This document shows, in pieces, positions 52,801-64,000 of a stretch of DNA of 64,000 bases. The translations under genes were made by a program, and so were the position numbers. Source of the stretch: Rhynchopus sp. YZ270_cl-10 (taxonomy: Eukaryota); contig OZ037845.1 of the NCBI GenBank assembly GCA_964035575.1, forward strand, positions 558,001 to 622,000. The letters run 5' to 3'. Numbering within the stretch: position 1 is the stretch's first letter; each line of letters starts with the position of its first letter. Below the pieces are notes generated by a model. That model searched no databases. It saw nothing but the letters and a program-made list of their open reading frames with translations, and was not told where the DNA came from.

Positions 52801-55005
52801 TCCTCATGATCAGGCAGAGGTGAGATGGTCAGGAATCAGGCACTCATTAAAAATAATGTTGCACCCACCCTTTTGCTGCGGGTCTGATTGCCCGATCAAA
52901 GAGGGCTGATACAAAGCAAGTGTACTACAAGCTAGCAAAAGAAAAGAAAAAATGAAATAAAGGTTGTTTGTTGTTCGCTTCCACACCACTTCTGCACTCA
53001 GATTCAAGTCTTTTGGCTGTCCTTACAAGCGCCTGCCAAAACGCTCGCCTCGTGGGTGTGGACTTTTTTTTTTCCTTCTTCGACTTGATTTACGATATGG
53101 TTGTGTTTGCCTGAAGTACAGAAAGTGTCGTGGAGCACAGGGGGGAAAAGAGGGGGAAAACAAGCGGGGAGCGGGATACACAGACGCGCGACTTTTCACG
53201 AGGGTCTCGAGCTTTTGTCAAATACTACGTGTTTACCAAGCATGTCCTTAAATCGGGGGAAAATCAGGGATTTTCTGGTTTTCAAATCGCAAAACTGGAG
53301 AAGACATTTTTTTTGCTGTTGTAGGGCCGCAGTGCGGGTGGTCACATTTTTCTCTTCCCCCACCCCAGTGTCTTATCCAGGAATCCAGATTTCAAGGGGG
53401 TCAGCTTGTTTTGTTGCCCAATATTATTTCCAGCGCTGCTGGTCAGGGAAGACAGTGGGAACATTGGGAACTGTATAAAAAATGGCGCCGCAGGCGAAAA
53501 AAATTTAGGGCAGGGTGTAAAAATTTAGCTTTTTACACCACAGAGTCACTCAACGAACCCTTTTTTGCGGAGCAAAAAAGGGAAAATCATGGATGTAGAA
53601 AGTACTTCACGTACTTTTTTTTGAAAAAAAAAAGTAAAAAAGTACGTGACAAAAAATAAAAAAAAAACGTACTTTTTTACCAGGCCTGGGCCTAAAGTGG
53701 GTGCCCGGGGCCCGATTTTGATTTTATTTTATTTTTTCTAAGGATTTTACACGGGGGAAAAATTATTTTTTCTAAGGATTTTATACGGGGAAAATTTATT
53801 TTTCTAAGGGTTTTTCTGAGGGGAAAAAGTCTGGGGGGTCCCGGCCCGTGTGGCTGAGAATAACTCGCACTCTGCCCGGGGAGTGCGGTACCAAGCCATA
53901 ATGAACAAAAATAGTCTCCACCCCGCTTCCTTCGGTCTCGTCCCTTTCACCTCCCGCACAACAGAATAAATAATAATACACGGTGGTAGCAAAGTGCATT
54001 GCGTTGGCGCACTTGGGCAGGCCCTGACGGCACTGAGGAACGGAAAAAAAAAAAAATTCCGCGCCGCCCAGGGCTGCACCTTAAAAAAAAAAATTTGCCT
54101 GCGGCGCCATTTTCCCTTTTTTTCTCTGCAAAAAAGGATTCGCTGAGTGGCTTTGTGGTGTAAAAGCTGCATTTTTCATACTGTACCCTAATTTTTTTTC
54201 GCCTGCGGCGCCGTTTTATATTCATCCCGAACATTCAGGGTGCACGTAGCGCGTAGCGCGCCCGGGTTTAGGACCCCTTCTTGAATTTCGAGGGGGCGGT
54301 TCACGTTACAGTAGGTCCAGAATCATAGTTCAATTTAACCCCGCTAAGCAACTCGCTGGTGGTAATGACCAAAACGTGTATCAGCCAAGAATTTGCCCAT
54401 TTTTTTCAAAATGACCCCGTGACAGTGAGGGTAAAAGCTCGGAAAACCCGAAAAAGGCCAAAAAAACTCCCCGAAAAGGGAAAACCGAGAACATATTTCG
54501 GCAGGGGGGCAGCGTGTTCTCAGAAAAATCCAAAAATTGCCTGTAAAAATCCTTAGAAAAAACCCGGGTGCCCGATCCAAAAAAATGGAAAAAACCCCAG
54601 GGTGCCCGCCCACCCCTGGATGATTGGTACCAGCCCCACCAATTCCTTAAGGAGTTAAATTCCGATTTTTTTCATTTTTTTTTTGCGATTTTTTTGCTCA
54701 AAAATTGACGATACCCTGTTTTCGGGGCAAAACTCTCTAATTTTGGGCAGTTCAAAAAGTGTTTTTTACCTTTGCCAAAACTGAGATACAAAGGGGAAAA
54801 AAATGTTTTTCGCCAGCAAAAACTGAGAAATAGCCTATTCAGGCAAAACTTTTTTTAAAACTTTTTTTTTGCGCGCGCGCGCGCATTTTTTTCCCAGAGT
54901 CAGCGAGCGGGAAACAAAAAAAAAAGTTGTGCCACCCTTACCCCCTCAAAAAAGACACTTCATATGTACACATTTGCAAGACGACTGGTTAGGAAGTTTG
55001 GTCAT

Positions 55006-58000
55006 CTAAATGTGTTTACAGATTCTTCGGAGGCATGGCACCCATCTTGTCGTCCTTGTTCTGGTCGGTGGCAACGGTGTGATCCACGTGCGGTTGGGAA
55101 TATGTGGGACTCGAGACAGCAATGCAGGCCACACAGGACGCGAAGCCAACACGCTTTCAGTTGATGTCTTGGGGTCATGATGTGCGTTGACCTGCGCTTC
55201 TGCTGCCTGTGTCTGCGCATTGTTCAGCCAAAATTGTGCGAAGAAGTGGTAGTAATCCTCAAAGTTTCCTGCGTGCACTACACCTATAACGTGATCCTTC
55301 AGATTGTCATCCTGCTTGCACAACGTGACCCAGTCTTCCGGAAAGGCCACGGTGGTGTGCCACAAGAACACATCAGTTTTGTCTGCTGATTTTTTGACCT
55401 CTTTCCACATCTTCCCCATGGGGGCACCCCTTTTGTTCTTGTGAAAATGTTTTCCTTTGCTGTGCTTTACCTGCAGCACCTCATTCACACCTTTGTGTAG
55501 TCGCAAAAAGATATCTCCGTGAGGTGCCTTCTCTGCGTTCTGGAATGCAGAGTCTGTGAACGGGGCACACTCATGGTGCAAGTTCTTCGGTGAAGATTTG
55601 CTCTGCATATTGTCCTTTTGTTTTGAGCCACGGGTCTGAGTGCGATGCACTGCAAAACGGGGCGTGAGGGGGGTGTTCGTGAACTCGCGACGGCTAGGCT
55701 CATTCATCCACTGTACACCTTTGTGCAGGAGCACCACGCTCGTTGGTCCGGTGTCGTGCAGCTGAGAGAGGAGACACCTATACCACAGCACGAACGACTC
55801 GAAGGAAGCGCCGTCCTGCTTCTCCGCGAAGTTGTACCCCTTGAGCAGGCTTCCCGTCATCGAGGAGTTGACAATAGCCCAGATGAGTGAAAGCCTGAGA
55901 TATAAATTTTCCCCCTCCTTTTGAATATCCATGAGGCCCTTGGATAGGTGTGCTGCGAGGTCGGTGTCTTGCTTCAGAGGCACCTTCAGCAGCGCATATC
56001 TGAGCAGCATCGTTTGATCCTCCACGCTGGCAACAATCCCGTTATACCGAATCTTAACTTGGTCACACACAATGCTGAGCAGCTCAGATTCGTCCTTCTC
56101 AGGGTGCTCTTTGGCGACGTTACAGAGTATCTCAACCGCGCGTCCATAACCTTTCACGATATCGAACAAATTTGTAGACCTACCCTTTGGCATGGTCTCG
56201 GGTTCTTTTGTGAGAAATGGGAGTTGCAAGTAGTGTGGGACCACGCTCGATCCCGTCAATGCATCCACCGCCGTCTTCTTTGCAGTCAGAGTGCATACGC
56301 TAAACAGGAAGAACGGAGATCCCATTTGACAGGACAGCATCACCTCTCGCAGGAAACTACGTATCCTACCGTTGCTCTCTGGGTCTGATACTAGCTCATT
56401 GTCCGACAAGTTGTGCACTCCGTCGATCATCAGCAGGCACACCACGTTAGTCGGGTACTGCTCTTCCTTTCCGAGATATTTGCACAGACGTTCTACAAGC
56501 TCGCTGAGAGTGAAGCCAGCTCTGTGGGCTTCGCTCCACACCACGAAGGCTTTCATATCGTCAGTCGTATGACCCAGCAGATGGAAACAAATCCGATCGA
56601 CCACAGCAGACTCAGACGGTCTTTCGTGTTCCTTCTGGTACGAGGTCCCATTCTCGAAGGACACGTTGAAGGTGAATACCGTCTTGCCCTCCGTTTTATG
56701 CGCCAACACCTCTGGCACCCTCATGAGAGCACGAGACTTGCCCATGCCCAGACCTGCGCAGATGATTGCCTGTTCCATAGACTGCTTATCTCTTACTTTG
56801 GCATCAAATGCGGCATAGTTCTTCTCGAAGACGGCACACAACCCGATGTCGAGATCACCACCATTTTGGTATGTCCACGTCATGCCAGAAGACTTCGCCA
56901 ATGCGTGTGGCTGCTGCAGACGTTCAGCCATTCCCTGTGTTTTAATAACCTCCTCCAGAGTGATTGCTCGCTTGCCTTGTTCGACCCGAATGTACCTGAG
57001 GTCCTCCCTAATAGTCGCCAGCTCCTGGCCAATAGTCGCCAGGCGCTGGCCAATAGTCACCAGGCGCTCGCTAACTCCCTGTTTGCGGGAGGGAAAAGGA
57101 TGTGCAAAACTACAAACAATAACATCAAAAACACAGTTTACACCACACTGTACATCTCCACTGCCGACTTTGCAACCCCAACACAACATGTTGCGAATGG
57201 GCCATGCTAGAAAATAAAATACAAATGGTGTAAAAAGCAAGTAGACCACTCGTCATGCCTCCAAAAGTCCGAGGTACCCTACGCCACACAGACAGCACAA
57301 CCACATGTAATGACCCACCTACTCAAAGGTTAAGTGAATAAAAACAACAAAAATAAGGGTCATACCTCCTTCTCCGTCTCGAGCTTGCGGATTCTGGCGA
57401 GTACATCGGCCTCGCTTGGTGGGACAACCACAAAATACTTCGCAGCAGCACCCAAGGCAGCGCGAGTAAACATTTTATGCTGAACACAACGGATCAAGAG
57501 ATCAACGTGATCACTGAGCATCTTCTTCTCTGTCCGCAGCTCCTTCTTCTCTGTCTCCAGCTTCCTCACAACGTCTTCCTTTTCTGCAACAGAGTCTTTT
57601 AGACCAGCCATGGAAGAGGTAGCCTGTTGTTCATGCAAGGGCAGGGGTACACTTCTGTCATCCACACCAGGAGACATACTTGAAGAGAAAGGGGGTTGGG
57701 GAACAGAACAGAACAAAACGAATAAAAATAGGGAAAAACAAACGTTGCAGGGCAAGTGTTTGGGTATGCGGGCGGGGGTTGGGTTTTGTGTGAAGAGGAA
57801 GGGGAAGGGGAAGAAAAGAGTCTGCGCAGTGATGTGGTGTGTGAAATAGGTGAGGTGACGTGACGTGAACAACGTGACTAACGTGGCTTCGTGCAGTTGT
57901 TCTTTGTTCTTCGAAAAGAATGTGAGCTCTATCATGTCGGAGGTGCAGCTTCCTCACGCTGTGGTGCTTACCTTAAGAGGGGCCGCTGTGCTGCGAACAC

Positions 58001-58006
58001 AGTCAT
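55006..58006 (-). CDS. CR-type NTPase-nuclease, copy 9 (~806 aa; A allele)
   Basis: Exons 58006-57972, 57678-57366, 57078-55006. Motifs intact. Confidence 0.8.
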
Positions 58007-58643
58007 CAAAAACGAGGAAATGGTACACCTGATAACCCCATTTGCGTACTTGTTGCGTACTTGGTGAAAGTACGGGGATTTTTTTTTTTTTTGATTTGTG
58101 GGTATTTTTATCCACGGTGCGCTGGTCAGAGGATACCTGGTAAGGGTAGAAAAGGGCCGGTTTGAATCCTATATTAGAGGTTAACATCTAAAAACGGCTG
58201 CGTGGAGATCATACGAAACAAAAGCGAGGTGACCACAGAGTTGTCAATATATCAAAAAAAGAAGTAGAGGTGAAATACAAAGCCCTCTCGTGAACAATGT
58301 ACCTTGGTACAATGACCGGCTGTACCGGGGGATACCCAACCATGCAGTACGACATCCATTTCGTGGTTTACATCTGATATGTGCTACTCCCGCTTCCACT
58401 CATCAGCCAGATGGGGATCATTGCAAAAACAGGAACGCGAATCCTGTGTGATGTAGGGTCTGGTTGGGGAAAAAAAATGAGGGTGAGGGTGGATACCTTT
58501 TTTATTCCTGGTCTGCCCTCCTGGGCTGTGTGTTTTTTTTTTTTGTGTTTTGTTTTTGCAAGGTTTTCTGGGTTTCGTTCACAATTCCCCCAACCCCCTC
58601 CCACAATACTCCTACGCAGGATTCTTGTTTCTCTCCTACACAT

Positions 58644-59057
58644 CCCATCACGACTCGTGTCGTAGATGAAGTCCACCATGCCGTCCGTTGTGTCTTTGTA
58701 CTGCTCGTAGACACCAGGCATGCTGAAGACCTCCATCGACTTTGCGTTGTCGTCAATCCACCACCATCTGTCCCCGGCAAAGTCTTCTTCTGTTTCACGG
58801 GCGGCCTTTTCTTTTCCTATCTTTGCAACAAGTCTGTCATTGATGAAATTCACACCGGGAAGTGTTTACGGCGGGCTTGGCGACGGTCGTTGGGACAGGG
58901 AACCATCTATGTCCTGCATTCGTAGCTGCTCGTAGTATCTCTTGTACGGGCCCTGCAACGACTGAAACAAGAGCGACAGCGTTAGAAGAAACACCGCCAC
59001 TCCGATAATTTTCCTGATGCTCACATGCTTCGCTGTGCGGGACACTCCTTTCCTCAT
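58644..59057 (-). pseudogene. Membrane-protein gene fragment, copy 5
   Basis: Same translation and TAA as 3909-4322. Confidence 0.6.
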
Positions 59058-59804
59058 GGTTTGGGTCACTTAGCCGAAATGGCCAAGTTCTTGGTTTTGG
59101 GCAAACCCCGCCCAAGCCCCCAACCCCAACCCCAAAAAAGGGATCTTTGAAATCCGGGTGAAATCGGGTGAAATTGGGCTCAGGTGGGCACAGGTGGGCT
59201 CTGGGGGGGCTATTGTGGGCTGGTCGCGGGACACCACATCATATTCTGTGAAAATTCACTGAAATTTTGTTCATTTTTCCGTGTCCCCACCACAAGCCGG
59301 GATTGGCTCGGAAATGCAATAAAACTACCTATTGGGCGGAAAAAAACAACAGGAAACTTGCGCACTTTTTTTTGCCGTTCTTTTTCGAAAATTTTCAAAC
59401 GCCCCAGAGTTAGGGTCGGGCCGAGTCGGCCGACTTTCTGATTTTCCGAACAGTCGTCCCGACTATAAATATTTTTTCGCTATATTTTCCCTTCCGTCTG
59501 ACTGTTCTTCCCGCTTCCGCTTCCCTGATTCCATCCCCTTTGTCCTTTATGGTACTCGTCCCCTGTTTTTCTTTCTTCTTCAGCTTTTTCTTTTTCTTTT
59601 TCTTTTTCTCTTTTTCTTCCTCGTCTTCATCCGCCTTTTTTGCAGTACTACGGTAAGTGCAGACACATTTCCAAAAGAATGGGCGTTACTTTCTTTTTCA
59701 TGAAGATAAGCGAAAACCCTGCTTGCCAGGTACATAAACACTGAATGCAGCTTGTCCAGCCTCACCTCACATTTTGCAAGACGGCTGGTTAGGCAGTTGG
59801 TCAT

Positions 59805-62800
59805 CTAACTGTGTTTACAGATTCTCCTGAGGAATGGCACCCATCTTGTCGTCCTTGTTCTGGTCGGTGGCAACGGTGTGATCCACGTGCGGTTGGGAAT
59901 ATGTGGGACTCGAGACAGCAATGCAGGCCACACAGGACGCGAAGCCAACACGCTTTCAGTTGATGTCTTGGGGTCATGATGTGCGTTGACCTGCGCTTCT
60001 GCTGCTTGTGTCTGCGCATTGTTCAGCCAAAATTGTGCGAAGAAGTGGTAGTAATCCTCAAAATTTCCTGCGTGCACTACACCTATAACGCGATCCTTCA
60101 GATTGTCATCCTGCTTGCACAAAGTGACCCAGTCTTCCGGAAAGGTCGCAGTGGTGTGCCACAAGAACACATCAGTTTTGTCTGATGATTTTTCGACCTC
60201 TTCCCACATCTTCCCCATGGGGGCACCCTTCTCGTTCTCGCTGTGCTTTACCTGCAGCACCTCATTCACATCTTTGTCTAGTCGCAAAAAGATATCTCCG
60301 TAAGGTGCCTTCTCTGCGTTCTGGAATGCAGAGTCTGTGAACGGGGCACACTCATGGTGCGAGTTCTTCGGTGAAGATTTGCTCTGCATATTGTTATGAA
60401 CATTTTGTTTTGAACCACGGGTCTGAGTCTGACGCACTGCAAAACGGGGCGTGAGGGGGGTGTTCGTGAACTCGTGACGGCTAGGCTCATTCATCCACTG
60501 TACACCTTTGTGCAGGAGCACCATGCTCGTTGGTCCGGTGTCGTGCAGCTTAGAGAGGAGACACCTATACCACAGCACGAACGACTCGAAGGAAGCGCCG
60601 TCCTGCTTCTCCGCGAAGGTGTACCCCTTGAGCAGGCTTCCCGTCATCGAGGAGTTGACAATAGCCCAGATGAGTGAAAGCCTGAGATATAAATTTTCCC
60701 CCTCCTTTTGAATATCCATGAGGCCCTTGGATAGGTGTGCTGCGAGGTCGGTGTCTTGCTTCAGAGGCACCTTCAGCAGCGCATATCTGAGCAGCATCGT
60801 TTGATCCTCCACGCTGGCAACAATCCCGTTATACCGAATCTTAACTTGTTCACACAGAATGCTGAGCAGCTCAGGTTCGTCCTTCTCAGGGTGCTCTTTG
60901 GCGACGTTACAGAGTATCTCAACCGCGCGTCCATAACCTTTCACGATATCGAACAAATTTGTAGACCTACCCTTTGGCATGGTCTCGGGTTCTTTTGTGA
61001 GAAATGGGAGTTGCAAGTAGTGTGGGACCACGCTCGATCCCGTCAATGCATCCACCGCCGTCTTCTTTGCAGTCAGAGTGCATACGCTAAACAGGAAGAA
61101 CGGAGATCCCATTTGACAGGACAGCATCACCTCTCGCAGGAAACTACGTATCCTACCGTTGCTCTCTGGGTCTGATACTAGCTCATTGTCCGACAAGTTG
61201 TGCACTCCGTCGATCATCAGCAGGCACACCACGTTAGTCGGGTACTGCTCTTCCTTTCCGAGATATTTGCACAGACGTTCTACAAGCTCGTCGAGAGTGA
61301 AGTCAGCTCTGTGGGCTTCGCTCCACACCAGGAAGCCTTTGAGCTTGTCAGTCGTATGACCCAGCAGATGGAAACAAATCCGATCGACCACAGCAGACAC
61401 AGACGGCCTTTCGTGTCTCTTCTGGTACGAGGTCCCATTCTCGAAGGACACGTTGAAGGTGAATACCGTCTTGCCCTCCGTTTTATGCGCCAACACCTCT
61501 GGCACCCTCGTGAGAGCACGAGACTTGCCCATGCCCAGACCTGCGCAGATGATTGCCTGTTCCATAGACTGCTTATCTCTTACTTTGGCATCAAATGCGG
61601 CATAGTTCCTCTCGAAGACGTCACACAACCCGATGTCGAGATCACCACCATTTTGGTATGTCCACGTCATGCCAGAAGTCTTCGCCAATGCGTGTGGCTG
61701 CTGCAGACGTTCAGCCATTCCCTGTGTGTTAATAACCTCCTCCAGGGTGATTGCTTGCTTGCCTTGTTCGACCCGAATGTACCTGAGGTCCTCGCCAATA
61801 GTCGCCAGCTCTTTGCCAATAGTCGCCAGCTCCTTGCCAATAGTCACCAGGCGCTCGCAAACTCCCTGTTTGCGGGAGGGGAAAGAATGTGCAAAACTAC
61901 AAACAATAACATCAAAAACACAGTTTACACCACACTGTACATCTCCACTGCCGACTTTGCAACCCCAACACAACATGTTGCGAATGGGTCATGCTAGAAA
62001 ATAAAATACAAATGGTGTAAAAAGCAAGTAGACCACTCGTCATGCCTCCAAAAGTCCGAGGTTCCCAACGCCACACAGACAGCACAACCACATGTAATGA
62101 CCCACCTACTCAAAGGTTAAGTGAATAAAAACTACAAAAATAAGGGTCATACCTCCTTCTCCGTCTCGAGCTTGGGGATTCTGGCGCGTACATCGGCCTC
62201 GCTTGGTGGGACAACCACAAAATACTTCGCAGCAGCACCCAAGGCATCGCGAGTAAACGTTTTATCCTGAACACAACGGATCAAGAGATCAACGTGATCA
62301 CTGAGCATCTCCTCCTTTGTGTACAACTCCTTCTTCTCTGTCCGCAGCTCCTCCTCCTCTGTCTCCAGCTTCCTCACAACGTCTTCCTTTTCTGCAACAG
62401 AGTCTTTTAGACCAGCCATGGAAGAAGCAGCCTGTTGTTCATTCAAGGGCAGGGGTACACTTCCGTCATCCACACCAGGAGACATACTTGAAGAGAAAGG
62501 GGTTTGGGGAACAGAACAAAACAAAACGAATAAAAACAGGGGAAAACAAACGTTGCGGGGCAAGTGTTTGGGTATACGGGCGGGGGTTGGGTTTTGTGTG
62601 AAGGGGAAGGGGAAGGGGAAGAAAAGAGTCTGCACAGTGATGTGGTGTGTGAAATAGGTGAGGTGGCGTGACGTGAACAATGTGACTAACGTGGCTTTCG
62701 TGCAGTTGTTCTTTGTTCTTCGAAAAGAATGTGTGAGCTCTATCATGTCGGAGGTGCACCTTCCTCACGCTGTGGTGCTTACCTTAAGAGGGGCCGCTGT

Positions 62801-62817
62801 GCTGCGAACACAGTCAT
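59805..62817 (-). CDS. CR-type NTPase-nuclease, copy 10 (~809 aa; B allele)
   Basis: Exons 62817-62783, 62486-62153, 61865-59805. Private M>T change just after Walker A (SRALTRV). Confidence 0.8.
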
Positions 62818-63544
62818 CAAAAACGAGGAAATGGTACACCTGATAACCCCATTTGCGTACTTGTTGCGTACTTGGTGAAAGTACGGGGATTTTTTTTTTT
62901 TTTTTTTGATTTGTGGGTATTTTTATCCACGGTGCGCTGGTCAGAGGATACCTGGTAAGGGTAGAAAAGGGCCGGTTTGAATCCTATATTAGAGGTTAAC
63001 ATCTAAAAACGGCTGCGTGGAGATCATACGAAACAAAAGCGAGGTGACAACAGAGTTATCAATATATCAAAAAAAGAAGTAGAGGTGAAATACAAAGCCC
63101 TCTCGTGAACAATGTACCTTGGTACAATGACCGGCTGTACCGGGGGATACCCAACCATGCAGTACGACATCCATTTCGTGGTTTACATCTGATATGTGCT
63201 ACTCCCGCTTCCACTCATCAGCCAGATGAACGGGGATCATTGCAAAAACAGGGACGCGAATCCTGTGTGATGCAGGGTCTGGTTGGGGAAAAAATGGGGG
63301 TGAGGGTGGGTACCTTTTTTTATTCCTGGTCTGCCCTCCTGGGCTGTGTGTGTGTTTTTTTTTTTTTTTTTTGTGTTTTGTTTTTGCAAGGTTTTCTGGG
63401 TTTCGTTCACAATTCCCCCAACCCCCTCCCACAATACTCCTACACAGGATTCTTTTTTCTCTCCTACGTATTGAGTTTTGGGGAATTTCATACAATGCAA
63501 CGAGGCCGGGTACGCCTGAAAATACTCATGTCTGGAAAATATAT

Positions 63545-63627
63545 CTGAGGCGTGCCTGAGGCGTCACTGAGGCGTGCCTGAGGCGTACTCGGGATTAGTT
63601 ACGTTTAAGTACGCCTCAGGCACGCCT
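63545..63627. repeat. Four 11-bp tandem units plus a 20-bp perfect inverted repeat
   Basis: CTGAGGCGTGC-like x4. 63570-63589 AGGCGTGCCTGAGGCGTACT is the reverse complement of 63608-63627. Confidence 0.9.
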
Positions 63628-64000
63628 GAGTATATATCAACGCATACTTGCGTTTCAGGCGCCTGGTGTGTATTTCCCCCCCGCAAAAAGGGCCTCTGAT
63701 GCATTTCCGGAGCGATCTGAAAAAATTCCGGGGTCGGACAATTTTTTTAGCAAAAAATGCGTGGCTTTAAGTTTGTACCAAAAATCAGGGGAAAATGAAA
63801 GTATACCCGGTTTCATATTTCTGCTAATATATAAAATTATTACGCACAGGTCATCACGTTTCTAAGTCATGCCATGTATTTCCTCCGCCCCCTGAAATGT
63901 GCTGAAATCAACTTTCGGTGTCCTGCTGAGAAAATTGCGGGGTCGCAAGATATTTTTAGTGGAAAAATATTATGGTTACTGCTTACAGTAAACTGCCTCC

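Larger units (their letters stand above)
1..63488. repeat. Nested tandem gene array (4.8-kb pairs; 11.9/15.4-kb units; 39,321-bp super-period)
   Basis: Stop codons at 271, 5070, 15685, 20484, 27639, 32438, 39569, 44391, 55006, 59805. ORF tracks recur at constant offsets. Confidence 0.97.

Overview
This is eukaryotic DNA: it has spliceosomal GT-AG introns and homopolymer-rich spacers. The window is almost entirely a nested tandem array of one minus-strand gene in 10 intact copies. Spliced by eye, each copy has three exons and encodes ~806-816 aa. The layout is an N-terminal coiled coil of variable heptad number, a P-loop NTPase (AGLGMGKS; FNVSFENGT; LLMIDG), a PD-(D/E)xK-like nuclease (APYGDIFL...NEVLQVKH...GVVHAGNFEDYY) and a basic C-terminal tail. 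This matches the Crinkler/RHS-type (CR) NTPase+REase effector architecture, without an LFLAK header. Copies come in pairs ~4.8 kb apart, pairs repeat at ~11.9 or ~15.4 kb, and there is a 39,321-bp super-period. Most notable: from copy 2 on, copies strictly alternate between a basic-loop and an acidic-loop nuclease allele; the other polymorphic blocks are shuffled combinatorially; and coiled-coil length varies in 21-nt steps. Spacers carry a co-amplified broken membrane-protein gene, fold-back elements, GNA-triloop hairpins and a 2.35-kb insertion. I saw no rRNA, tRNA, CRISPR array or transposase. The organism cannot be identified from the sequence, and assembly artefacts in such a repeat cannot be excluded.
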